DNA from: Lepidodermella squamata
Taxonomy: Eukaryota; Animalia; Gastrotricha
Assembly (NCBI GenBank): GCA_047495785.1
Contig: JBLDXI010000032.1
Span: 2,604,001 to 2,668,000 of the forward strand
Length of the DNA stretch: 64,000 bases
Reading direction: 5' to 3'
Shown one piece after another: positions 1 to 12,452 of this stretch (position 1 is the first letter of the stretch; the number at the start of each line of letters is the position of its first letter). Below the pieces are notes generated by a model. It did no database searches. It was given only the letters and a program-made list of their open reading frames with translations, and was not told where the DNA came from. Position numbers and translations under genes: made by a program.

Positions 1-263
1 CAGGCCTTTGTCTGAGCTCACCAGATCAATTAAGCTACCTAGAGCTTGTGGAATGTGACCCTAAGGATGTTAAGCAGCGCTGGATTTATAGTAGTGACGG
101 TACTATCAAATCGGCCGCTAAAGATCGATGCATAATGCACGCGACGGATCCCGATGAAGAGAAGAAAGGGCGCCAGATTCTAATGATGTACAATTGCAAG
201 GAACAAACCGATAAGGAATATGCGCCATTCCAAAAGTTCCAGTTCACTTACAAAATCGTCTAG
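1..263 (+). CDS. 3' end (ricin-B lectin domain) of a polypeptide GalNAc-transferase-like gene; 5' part outside window
   Basis: LCLSSPDQLSYLELVECDPKDVKQRWIYSSDGTIKSAAKDRCIMHATDP..ILMMYNC has the QxW ricin pattern and matches the last exon of the gene at 46427-46723 (CMMHATDP..VLMMAEC). Confidence 0.8.
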   Translation, partial: GLCLSSPDQLSYLELVECDPKDVKQRWIYSSDGTIKSAAKDRCIMHATDPDEEKKGRQILMMYNCKEQTDKEYAPFQKFQFTYKIV

Positions 264-642
264 GGACTCCGGCTTTAATACTCTAGCGCTCTGATTTTCT
301 TGTACGCTTGTTTATACTGTTCTTTAATTCATTTTTATTGCTATCGTTGCCGTAACGACCTGGCGTTGCAATATTTGTTATTCGCATAATACTGCAGATG
401 TGTTATGAAACCAATAGCTAAAACAGTCTTTCACTAATGAGAAAATTTGCGGATGATAAATAAAACTGTCCCATCTTCACACGACCCGGTAAAATCAAAT
501 GATTAGGTATTATTGTGGTAAGACAGAATACGACGCGCCTGCTTAATAGCTCAAAACTAGAAACTAGAAATGTAAACGAAGAGAATGCTGCAGGTCAACT
601 CAATTGAGCCAATACTTAAATGTTCGCAAATCAAAGCTATTA

Positions 643-927
<285 letters not shown>

Positions 928-1913
928 CTAAGTAGAAGTCGTACATCTAGCAAATACTGATTTCTGAGGCATTAGCAAAAAATAACGTGGAATCAATCAT
1001 GAGTCACAATTAATGTACCTTACATGCACGTATTTCAACGTTACAACGCTGCAAAAAAACAAGCTGGAATCTGAGCACTGAAATGCACACTACTAGATGA
1101 ATGGAAAGACATCACCTCATAAGTATTATACATACTAGTAAAGAGTAAAATCAAGGTAAATAAGAGGGAGTTGCTTCCATGAATATAGCAGTCAGATAAA
1201 TGAAAAGAAGAGCAAGTGCGAGCCACTGCAATACGAATTTCGCGAGAATGAGTAACTTACAAGATAACTTACAATGAGCAAAATATAGCGTATGTTTTAT
1301 AAGATTATGAGACAAGGCGGAAACTAGTGACATTAAGTGACTTTCGTATATCTGCAAGCGCCTAAGAACATTAATTACTTGGGTGGCAATCTTAGTTTCC
1401 CTTCAAGTGTGTACAATTTACTGCCCGTTATTTTAAAGATGTTTTCGAGCATGCGCCGCGATTTAAGCTCATTCAAGTTAAGATGCAATAACTGGAGAGC
1501 TAACTAAACATCGTATGATCTAACCTAGTCGTATGGCATAACATATCATAAGCACCAAATCAATAAGATGCGATAACTAATATACGATGCGTTTCGATCA
1601 CTATGCTGTGCCGAAGTGATCAGCTGTGCATGAGCAGAAACAGACAGCGGAAAATTTCATTGAAGTTAACGCTAGCCTACGAACTGAACAGTGGTTTGCA
1701 GGGGTATAGGAAGCACAGGGAAGTTTTCAGCTAACAGATGGTTGGCGGGACGTTCAGTAACATCTCCAGCCCCATGGACTGAAGTTAAAGACGCTGCCGT
1801 TGCCTGGCAGCAAAGAATAATTAATTAAAATTGGGTAACAAAACATGAGTATAATATGATTTCGATTATTATTTAATTTACACAGCAATTAACTTGCCGC
1901 ATCTAATTTATTT

Positions 1914-1978
1914 ATGTGGGTTGTGCGTTGTGCGGTTATGCGTTTGTGCGTTTGTGCGTTGTGCGTTGTGCGTTGTGC
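1914..1978 (+). repeat. Imperfect (TTGTGCG)n tandem repeat
   Basis: ttgtgcgttgtgcggttatgcgtttgtgcgtttgtgcgttgtgcgttgtgcgttgtgc. Confidence 0.85.
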
Positions 1979-3387
1979 CGCAGCGGCGCTTATGGTCTTC
2001 GCCTGGCCGGTCAACATGGTGTTACTTTGCGTTTTGCCTGCCTGGCTTCACCCTTCAGCCGTTCGATACCCCGAAATCACCCTCGCGGGAGGACCAACAG
2101 GTCTTCGAAGAACTTATTCGAGAGCCGACGAAGATCTGGCAGAAGAAAGTCCGTGAACCGAATGGTACTGGTCCGCCGGCTGTTGCCTACCATGCCTACC
2201 TTCTCAAGCTGCTGGTTCAATATATCCTGCACCCGCCTGGCGAGGCAGCATCTCCCTTCGGCAGCTTGCGCGATCCCACCGCTTAGTTCGCTCTGGGACA
2301 TGGTGACAACTAATCTCAAATCTCAACTAATGTTCAAATTCAAGCTAGTACCAAACGACATGGCTATGAGATGACGTGTAATGTCTTTGGAAAACCGGCG
2401 AGTCTCTCATCGCTTCGCGACATTACCTGTTGGAACCGCCACCTCTGTCCGCCGCGGTATTACGGAAAATTTTCTGCCGGTTTCACGCCCGTAATTATCA
2501 AGAATCCGAAAAAATCTGTAATGCCGTGTCCATTTTTGAGGCGGCAGGTCTGAATTTCAAATAATAACAATAATAATGCAAAACTGATCAAAAGTGCTTT
2601 GTTGGTTCCTGTGATATATTTGAACAAATGTAAGCTCGTGCATGGTCTTGGGAATAGGATCGGATTGCTGATAATTTTTGGCATGTCATCTTTACTGTTG
2701 AAGAATACCATAGGGATCATATCTATGAAATTGTCTTGGCGGAAACGTTCATCGTAAATCATTTTTTGTCTTGTCCGATGTCTGTTTTTTCTTATTTGGA
2801 ACACAATGAATTTTTGTTGCGTATTTGGGAAGACCGGCGGCCACTTCTAGCTGTTAAAACCCTAGACTTTTTTGCTGTGTAACCTTTTAGCGTGGTGGGC
2901 CCATAATGCACTGAAGCTGTCCCGTTTTATCATCTGACAAGCTTCAATCCTACTTTTTTTAGGCAATGCTAACGGTGGGAATGAATTGTGATAAAAATGC
3001 ATTTGCTATTAATGTAACGTGTGGCCTTATTTCGGACATTTTCAGCTTTCGGCTCTGAATGGAAATGTCTTTCGAATAGTGGTACATATCGTTGAATAAC
3101 TCGGATTTGAGGCTGTTTAAATCAGTGTTTAGGTTCAAAATCATCGATTCATATTCATTGATCGATGTTCATCCATCAAAATCGAAAGATACGCCTTAAA
3201 GATGCAAAACGCAGTCGGTCAAAACGGCGGTGGAAAAAGCAGAAAATAGCGCGATTATAAACTATTTTAGAGGAAAAAATTATCAGAAAATGCGTCGGGG
3301 AGGAACGTTCAACATCTGTGAATTTGACCATAGTATGAGAATTCGAAAGATCATAAAGAATCTAATTGCCTTATGAATTACTTACAC

Positions 3388-3411
3388 CATGAGACGTAGC
3401 TGCGTCTCATG
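3388..3411. mobile_element. 24-bp palindrome flanked by a perfect 8-bp direct repeat (minimal DNA-transposon remnant)
   Basis: ACTTACAC (3380-3387) - CATGAGACGTAGCTGCGTCTCATG - ACTTACAC (3412-3419). Confidence 0.65.
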
Positions 3412-4133
3412 ACTTACACGAACTCGATAGCTCTGCGCGGACGGCGCTGTTCTGGGTTCAGAGCATAATTACCTAAGCATTGAGGGCTTCTTCATTTATT
3501 TTTTTAACAGTTTTTTCTCAATCAAATTTGAGCTGCGCAGCTAAAAATATTCACATCAGGTCGTCGGAAGTGACCAATTTGCGAGCTACGCGAACAAAGC
3601 GAATAAATGGATTCGAATGACGTCATGACATGAAGTCAATCATGGCGCATCTTCCGGCGCGAATGTCCCTGAAAAACACGTTTTGACCGAAATTTTAATA
3701 TTATTTTGAACGCTGCCAATACATTTATTCGAATAACAAAACAATGAATTTATTGCGGCTACATGACAAACATGAATTTGTTTTATGATTATTGGGACAG
3801 ATGACATATCTGAACCGGACGAGCCTTCTCTCTGAAGTACTTGATTGTCCATTTCGAGTAATTCGGTCGTGACAATAAAAACTCGGACGCCTGATTTCTA
3901 GGCCATCTTACTTTTTTCTCACCGCCGCTCAGTGCAGTTGTACATTGTACCATTATTCGCAAGGCCATTTTTTGCAACGCCCAGTGACCTAATTTTCAAA
4001 AACTGTTATCAAATCGCGAGAACGACTGAGTTTTTTGTATCTTCGAAAAAAATGCGTACGGTGGTGAACAAATAAATCCCTCCTCCACGAGTCTGAAAAA
4101 TTGAAAGCGATTTTTCATCATAAATTTATTAAA

Positions 4134-5579
4134 ATGCCTCGTAAACCTATTACCGAGGAAGAAAAACAGAAACGCATCCAGCTGTGCCGCGTAAGAAAAT
4201 TCTATAACCTATGTTTCAGGTATCAATGTTGTTTATGTAAATATAGGTCTGCGATATTCCTGTAAAACGTAAGGCGAAGTACCATCCGCATACATGTTCG
4301 GCGTGCCAGAAATATTTCAGCCGAAATTATCATCTACGATCGACTTTGACTTGCAACGGCGGAAATTTGGACTGCCCAGTAACTAGTAAGGACCGAGCCA
4401 ATTGCCGTCGCTGCCGTTTGGAAAAATGTATAAAAGCTGGGCTGCGCAGTAAATTTTTCATTCATATTATTCGTTACCGCAAAATTTTCCCTTTAGGTAA
4501 GCTTGATAAGCTTGGTTCCAGTACTGGGAGCTGCGAGTCCGCTTCATCGAATTGCAGCGATTCAACAATCGGCGAGGCGATAGTTATGAGCCCAGTGTCT
4601 GATCAGCAATCAGCAAATGAAATAACAGCTGAGGTAGAGGGCCTCCTTAAAACCGCGCTTCAATCTTTCACACAATTAATTGACCTTGAATTTGTGAGTT
4701 CATCATCACATTGCCAGTTTTTTCTTTGAATTTTCGAATTTTTTGTCGCTACAGCTGCCATTGAAGGATTATCATGGACCTATCACCTCGGAAAGTCTCA
4801 AAGCGGTGATGACGGATCATTTGCGTCGAATCAACTTGGCTGGCTCAGATTTTGTCGATAATTTCACAGGCAAAAATAAAAAAATGAATGATGAGGATAA
4901 TTTAATGATCATTCATAATTTTGTTATAGATTATTTCGGCTTGAAAGAGGAAGAGGAGAAATCGATTCTTGACAGCAGTATGGTGGCCATTACTTGCCTG
5001 TTTAGCGCCCTGTCCTCGAATGATGACAAGCATCAAATCAGCCAGGATTTATTATCGTATTTTGAGAAACTTCGACCCGGTCTTCAGGTGAGCTTTTCAT
5101 TTCCATAGACATCCTGATAAAATTTGGATATAGGAAACCAATCGACTTGAAACTGCGTTAGCGGAGCTGTTCGAAGAATGGAACCCAACGTTTTTAGAAA
5201 TCTCTCTTTTGCTTCTCTTCCTTACTTTCAACAGTTAGTATTTTTCAAGTTCAATAAATTTATTAATAATTTAATCGTAACAGAAAGTGTTGTTTCTATG
5301 AACTCTAAAATGGCAAATATTCGGAAAATGTGTGAATCGGCCCTTGAGCTAGTTGACGCCAAGCAGAAAGCTGAAGATGGAACCGGCTGCTCGTCTTACC
5401 TGGGATTGGCGCTGATTATAATCGACGCAATAATGGCGTCCCTACGAGTTAATTTTCCAGGGTCCCAACGCGATGACATTGATTCAAACTCATCTAATTT
5501 AACTTTCGAACAAATTTACAACATGTTGATGTGTGATGTGCAAACATATGAATCGAACGTGTCTCTCGGTGAAGAATGA
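4134..5579 (+). CDS. Divergent nuclear hormone receptor (C4 zinc-finger DBD plus degenerate LBD-like region); exons approx. 4134-4190, 4247-4448, 4497-4693, 4755-4869, 4930-5087, 5133-5232, 5285-5579
   Basis: Spliced DBD CRVCDIPVKRKAKYHPHTCSACQKYFSR...CNGGNLDCPVTSKDRANCRRCRLEKCIKAGL; ~50-60 nt introns keep the frame. Confidence 0.8.
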
Positions 5580-6874
5580 TGATGCTATAATTTACTTTGC
5601 TTAGCTCGTTCTAGCTCGGATGAGATTCATTGTGCAGTGCAAGCTTAAATTTGCTGTATATAAATTCAATGTCCCAAGTTTTTAGGCTCCGCTTTGTTGA
5701 CAGATCTTCGAATAAAATGCCCCATAAATCTGCGTTATAATCTTCACCTATGATTTTTATCGCTGAAAAATCTCAATATTTCCAGCCTAATTTTACCGTA
5801 AGTTACAATATCACAGGGGCAATGAAGTGCTTTTATATGTTTTTTTATATGCTCTGAAGTTTGTACCGAGCAATTGAGGTCAGTTATCAGCAATGTCCCC
5901 GACTTGGCTCCGTAGCCGTCTCGAATGGGAACTGTTGGCTCCGCTATTAATAGCGGTAGTTGGTGATGACTTGCATAGCTAAATTTATAAAACAGACGTT
6001 GCGTCGCGTTCCAGCATAGGAGTTTTTGTTCCGTGGATGGATACGAAACTGATGATTTCCATTCAATGATCCGATGTAGACGGCCAAATTTACTAAATTT
6101 ATTCATGTTAAAAGTATAACTGAGACAAAAAGTTGTTCATATTTTGAGGCCGGTTCGATATGCTCTTTTCATTGATCTCTTGTCGGATTTGATAAATTAG
6201 TCCAAGCTACTGCAAGCTCAATAGCGCCACAAAAAGCAAAAAGCTTGCCGGGTAATTCATTGAAATCAAGTTCAACAAGTTCAATTCGAAGTTCAAAGTC
6301 CAAATGACCGTTAACAAGTGAAAAGCGGGGTTTGGCGAACGTTTTGATTTTCCAACGTCAATGAACGAGGAGCCGAACAATATCGACGGATTAATCAAAT
6401 GCCTAAAAAATAGAATCATCCAGAAGAACTTCTAGCAAGGGCCTACGGAGACCCTGAGTTTAGCAGCAATGGTGCTAATATGATGATGATTCCAGCTAAG
6501 CTGGTGCGTATGGGGGATGCCCTGATAGTGAACCCGATTGACCTGCGTGACAGGCTGGACATAAAGCTCCCGGGAAACTGAGGGTGATGTGCGACTAAGG
6601 TGGCCAAACACCACACATTCATGGCAAATTTAGGTTTTCCCGCTTTAATTATCACCGAAATTTGACGTACTGACTGTTTGTTTTTTTGCTGATTTCAGTT
6701 GGCCCCTCAGATGTCAGCTCAATGAAAAATATCATGCAAATTTTATCACGCTACACGCTACAGTTATGGTTAAAAATCGCTTTTTTGAATTTGTTGGTTA
6801 CCCTGCTTGCAAGGTGTTGTTGCTGCTTTTTGAGGTTGGCATTGGGAGGTTTAGGTGTTTGAGGTCATTCCGTG

Positions 6875-6899
6875 CATGAGACTTACTGTAGGTCTCATG
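6875..6899. repeat. 25-bp palindrome with the same CATGAGAC...GTCTCATG arms as 3388-3411
   Basis: CATGAGACTTACTGTAGGTCTCATG; no flanking direct repeat. Confidence 0.6.
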
Positions 6900-7518
6900 A
6901 TTAAATTGAAAAATAAATTATACTTGAGTCATGAGTCATCGATTTCGAACGCTGGTGGAGATGAAGTCCGAAACGATTCAATCATGCGAAAACCAAGGCA
7001 AAGTTGGGAATATTTTCATTTTATCCAGACTGGCTCGCTACTACTCAATATCCGAGAGAAAAGTTATTTCGTTCAGCATGTCTCTTTCTGTGTTTTTGTG
7101 AATAAATGACTGCTGCACGTTTTCTTTCCTTCTCTTTGCCTTCGAGTAACTTCGAGCCATAGCGCTATACCTAACAAAAAGTCAGTGCAGCACGAGGCTG
7201 AAACGAGTCTTTTATAATGTCAAGCATGTTAGCCCTTGGCCGATTGAATGAACGATCATGAATGTCTATCGCTCATCAGAAAATCGGCAATTTAAAGAGC
7301 ACACAGTCACGGAAAAGAAAGAATAAATAGGTATGATATTACTTCTTGCTAAATACCTTAACTTCAATAACAATTTTTCGATTTCCAAAATCCAAAATCA
7401 ATCATAGCATCAGATAATGCACGAATATCAAAGTATCACACGAAAAATCTCAATAATATGTAGTGCTCAACTTCTAAAACCAGAGAACTTATAACACTCA
7501 GCAATAATGCAAACTAGT

Positions 7519-9799
7519 TCACACATTCATTTCGTAAGTAGCACGTCGCTCAATATGCGCTCTGAGCATCGACTGGAGTTCAATAATGTGGAAATCTTCT
7601 GGAGATTCATCTCCCAGATCGTCGAAATAACTCGATTGATTATTTGCATGAGGTCGCGAGTGCGAGATTTCAGCACTGAAACATTGATAAAAATTAAAAA
7701 TTACTAAAATTATACCAGTCGGAACTTACAATAAAGATTCTTTGTCCATCAACCTGACCTGATGCGCGCGCAAGATAGATTGGAGCTCGGCGATGGTCTA
7801 CGAAGAGGAAATAAATGAAAAATAGCTGGTTGTGCTGCGTAAAATCAATGTAAAATTTACATCGGCTTCCTTCTCTCCTTTCTGCTGCGACATTATCTCC
7901 TCCATCTTCTTTATTTCACTTTCATATTTCTTCGAAACGGCATCGTGTTGTTTCAATTTGTCCCTGCGCGGAGATGAAAATATAGAAAACGCTGCAAAAT
8001 CATGGCTATAAAATTACTTGAGCGATTCGTTTTCAGCAGCTAGCTCATTTAGCGCAATCAGCAGCTCTGTTTCGCGTTGATCCAACTCCAGCAGTCTATC
8101 GTAAGGACGGCCCTTCAATGGTCGTTTCTGTGAAACTCTGATGGGACCATCCATTTTAGCCAGTTCCTCCCTTCGCCTCTCGATTTCATAAACGGCATTG
8201 TAAAGTTCTTTCAGTTCCGATTCAACCTCAGTCAAATGCTTGTGCTCTTTAAGATTACATATTGCTGCATTAAAAAGCAATTCAAATAGAGCTCACAAAT
8301 TCAAAATAAGAAACATACGCCTGTCAGATTGCGGACGTTCCTCTACCTTCACTGAAGTCACGGGTTTCACATCTGTCGGTGTTTGTTGCACTGGAATAAT
8401 AGCTCTACCGATAGAATCCGATCGATGGATAGATGGTCTTGTCGCCGAGGCGCTACGACCGTGCGAAGCTGACCTTGATCTGCGGCCCCTGAAACCGGTT
8501 TCACTGTCACTCGTAAACGATTCACTGGGAAAAAGTGCAATCAAATACTTATTTCTCACAAAATAGCATTCCAAAATGCTTACGTGTCATCGGAATAAAA
8601 CTCTTCGGGATCGCGCCGACGTTGCAGATTCATCACAGGGGTTATGTCAATCGGTTGCTCTACCTTCCCCGCTAGAATTTTCGCATTGTGATACCGAAGG
8701 GTTGATATTTGCCCCAAGCAAATATCCAGCTGTTGTCGCATTTCGTCGATATCGGTAACCCTCACGTCTGATTCTAGACGCTTACATTCTGCAACTTTGG
8801 CTTTGTACTTTTGTTCCAGTTTGAACAACCGTAACTTCAAATTCTGCACAATCTTTGTTAGAAAGGGTCAGTAGATTTTATCATTGAGAAGAATTAGTTT
8901 ACCATAGCTTTCTCTCCTCGAACAGAGTTACCGTCGATTGTTTTTCCATTATCTACCTGATGGATAAGTGAGCGTAAAAACTAGCGATAATCCAGCGTCA
9001 ATTGTGAGTCTACCTTATCTAGCTTTTGCTCAAATGCTTGCACCAATTCTTTGTCCCTCTTTGTCAGCTCGTCTTCCAGGCGGCGTTGCTTTGCTTTCAA
9101 TATGGTATTTTCCCCAAATAGAGTTGTGATTTGCTAAAATAAGCGATGAATTAAATTGGTAAGGAAGACGACGAATGAAAAACAATACCCGCCGCAGCTC
9201 AAGCACTTCATCATAGTACTCTTCTGGAGTTTTATATGCAGGCGTTCCTGAAGGCATTTTGGCATCTGCAACATCAAATCAACAGCCTTACTAAGGAGTA
9301 ACTTTATTCCACAAACCATTAGACTTCGGGGAAGCTTGAGCGCCAGTTAGACCGAATTGCTCACGTAAAAATGCACTCGTGCTCAGAAACGGCACTTCAC
9401 CGGGCCTAGCTGTGCGCACATCTAAGGTCCCAGTTCCAGAGTTTGCAGGACCTAACAGAAATTAAATTGAAATCTATTAATTTTAACAAAAAGAGAATAC
9501 CAGGATTCCTGCGCAAGATCTTTGAAAAGTATTCATGGCTATCGGAACGGGGAACAGCAGCATTGAACTTCTGAGCTCCAGTCAAACGACCTATAAAATC
9601 GTTGGGAATTTTTTATCGGCTATAGATGAGAAATACCGGCAGAGTTAGGCCGATTCTGAACTGCTTGAAGCCAATAAGCTCGTGATTTGTGATCGCGACT
9701 CGATCCCGCTGTAAGCAATCAGGACAAGAACAATGAGTATATACTGAATGATGATAATAAATTGAAGAAAAACTTACACTTTGGCTTGCTGTTACTCAT
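7519..9799 (-). CDS. IQCE: IQ domain-containing protein E (ciliary EvC complex component), multi-exon; start codon tentative
   Basis: TPAYKTPEEYYDEVLELRR, LKAKQRRLEDELTKRDKEL, LKLRLFKLEQKYKAK coiled coils resembling IQCE; two C-terminal IQ motifs LQSILRAHQVR and LQSMLRAHIERR. Confidence 0.75.
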
Positions 9800-10344
9800 A
9801 TCTTTCACGGCAAAGGAGTGACGCTTTCAAAGAAGACCAAATACCAAAAAGAAACATTGACTGAAACTCAACCCAGATGGAATGGGATTAAATCCATAGA
9901 CGCTGTTAGTATCTGCGGAATAAATAAAAATATTTTTCATTAACAAAACTGCATATTGTCCATTAGCCTAATTATATAATTGTTATTATAATAAGACTTT
10001 GTCGCAGTAAAAACTGATCCTGTTCGCATTTCGCATTGTCTTACGCGCACTTGCTTCGCAGTGCGACGTAATGGGCAGGTCCCAATTATTTTCCCTCCTG
10101 GTATCTGGGATCCTGAACTGGCGATCATTTGAACCTTTTATTTCGTCCGAACCAGGACCAAGCGCATCGATTTTACGTTTCGAAATCATTAATCTAAGGT
10201 CGTAAGGCTTGGGACTCAGGGTCTCTGGGAACGACTTAGATAGGATATTACTCTCAACACTTTGGTGGTAAATGGCTCGACGTTAGGATAGGAATAACAG
10301 ATAATGTCTAAATGTGACAACGTTTCGCAAGTGCATGGTAGAAT

Positions 10345-10612
10345 TGAGGCGGAGAAATGTTTCATCATTGAGATGCATTGGACAAGTTCACTTGCTCGCT
10401 TTCACTCGCATGTGTTTCGGAATGGTGAATATACAGAACTCTCAGAAAACCAATGTTCCAACAATGTTACTATTTCATTTATCGATTGCCGGCTAGCATT
10501 CAAATTCTGCAGTTGGAAAGGCATGCTTTATAAGCTAACAATTTGTTCTTTAGCGATGTGTAAGGTATGAGTAATTATTGTTTACCCAATGTTAGGATCA
10601 TCGGCAGCGAAG
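10345..10612. repeat. Diverged duplicated segment, copy 1 (degraded coding-like sequence)
   Basis: Shares aaatgtt.catcat.gaga, tgctcgctttc.ctcgcatgt, aaaaccaatg, acccaatgtt and ggcagcgaag with 12195-12452; no intact frame. Confidence 0.6.
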
Positions 10613-11082
10613 AAAAGCGTCGATGGCAGATTACCTTTTAAAAATTTAACAGTGATGCGATAATCTTGGTCCGCCTTAAAATGATATCTCGTGTTCAAAT
10701 TTTTCATGATTTTCATGCTATTTTCAGGTGACTCTGTGAGAAAGTCAAGCAATCTTTCACTGCTCAGAAGGCACAATCACTATTTTATCGGGAATTCTCT
10801 GCAAGACCAACATTTTACTCAAACATTTTTCAAACATTCAACTTGAAGCTACTCAATACTCAATCTGCTGAATGGAGGGTTGCTCATCAATATCAAACAA
10901 TCGATATCTATAATAATATAACGCGTAGATTAAGGCTGGTTTGCGTGGTATTTTGTTAATTTCATTCATGCACATTCGTTCAATCTGTACATGGGATTTA
11001 CATTGGTGTCTGAGGGCAAGAGCCATAGACAATTTCCTTAAATTATGTCTATTGGAATAGCGGAGCTATTCGTGCGCGGTGC

Positions 11083-11340
11083 CAGGGTGGCAGAAAGTTT
11101 TTAAAACTCCGAGCTTTATCCTAGATGAACGAGAAAATTTTCGTACAGTTTTATGTAATGTTGGGGTTGATATGTGATAGTAGTGTTTATTTGGCAGGAA
11201 AACTGAAGGAGTATGACGCTTATAAACGTGTGTTCAAGTTTTCTAAAGTTCTAAAGTTTTCTAAAACGTAAAAACGTTGCTCTACCCCGCCGACATTTAT
11301 CCTAGATAATCTAGTAATCTAGGAACTTTCAGCCAACCTG
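11083..11340. mobile_element. hAT-like MITE (258 bp)
   Basis: TIRs CAGGGTGGCAGAAAGTT / reverse complement CAGGTTGGCTGAAAGTT; flanks CGCGGTGC and CGCGGTCG form an imperfect 8-bp TSD. Confidence 0.75.
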
Positions 11341-11416
11341 CGCGGTCGTGCTCTCAAATCAATTGCTGCCTTTGTAAACGTTTGTATAACGACGCGCATT
11401 TATATTATAACTTATA

Positions 11417-11867
11417 ATATAATATAATAATAATAATAATAGTTTTATTTAAACCTCTTCTAGACTGAGCGTCATTTACCGTTTCCGGTTTTGAAGAGGG
11501 CGAAGGCAGGCAAAGAGAAATTCTTACCCACCCCCACAGTTGAAGATCTTGCTTTTTCCGAAAAATTCATAGTTTTCAATCGAGTTAACAATCATGCGCC
11601 ATTCATCTTTTTCAAAAGACATCATTTCAGCTAGTTGAAAATCGGGTATAATTTTGATTTCAAACTCCTTTTCGCCGGTTTTTTCCTTACATTTTTTCTT
11701 TGGCGTTTTGCCCTTCTTATCCTTGGCCTCATTCTTAGTGCTAGTTTTCTTTTTCCGGCGTAATTCCTTAGTCAGTCCTACTTTAATCAAACTTCTATGC
11801 ACTCCGTGGATCCATCTAGTTCGGGGTCGTCCTCTAGGTGCAAACCATCCCAACGGAGGCGTCCAAA
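11417..11867 (-). mobile_element. 5'-truncated non-LTR retrotransposon, RTE-like (ORF C-terminus, 3' UTR, (ATT)n tail)
   Basis: RGRPRTRWIHGVHRSL...EKDEWRMIV matches the GRPxxRW...WR C-terminal signature; (TAA)n run at ~11425-11441; TATATTATAACTTATA direct repeat at 11401-11416 and 11868-11883. Confidence 0.75.
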
Positions 11868-12194
11868 TATATTATAACTTATATTAAGTTATAAATAAGC
11901 TATAAATATATTATAACTTATAACAACAATATAGACCGAAAATAGTATAGGCATGATAGGGCCGTCGTTTATATCTATGAATTTTGGCGTTATTCTGAGT
12001 GATGTCGACTCGGCTGTGCCTCAATACGATTTTCTTCACTACGAAACTTCCATTTTTTTTTTAGGAAAACAGGGGATATAAAAGATGGAAACGATGATAC
12101 GATAAACGATAAACGACTATGACGACAATAGGCGACACTTTTAATGCAAGTGGAGACAGCAGAAAGTGGATGGTAAAAAATGACAGAAAATAAG

Positions 12195-12452
12195 GCTGAT
12201 AAATGTTGCATCATGGAGAAGCTTCAGGACTGTTCACATGCTCGCTTTCGCTCGCATGTTTTTCCTATAACAGGAATATAATCCATCAAAAACCAATGCT
12301 TCAACCAATGTACTAATGTTGATCGATTTTCTGCTAACTTGATACTCTCCAGTTAGAAGGCAACAGTTGACAAATTTTTGTAAAGCGAGGTGTTAGGCTT
12401 ATGGTTGCGGAATAATTCTGTTCACCCAATGTTGCGGTTATTGGCAGCGAAG
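12195..12452. repeat. Diverged duplicated segment, copy 2
   Basis: Colinear similarity to 10345-10612. Confidence 0.6.

Noticed and set aside
5744-6655. Short ORFs and stop-interrupted frames between the nuclear receptor and IQCE
   Set aside because: No recognisable homology or consistent exon structure
9986-10189. Possible extra N-terminal IQCE coding exons
   Set aside because: Could not join them in frame to the 9799 ATG with plausible splice sites; treated as 5' UTR or unresolved
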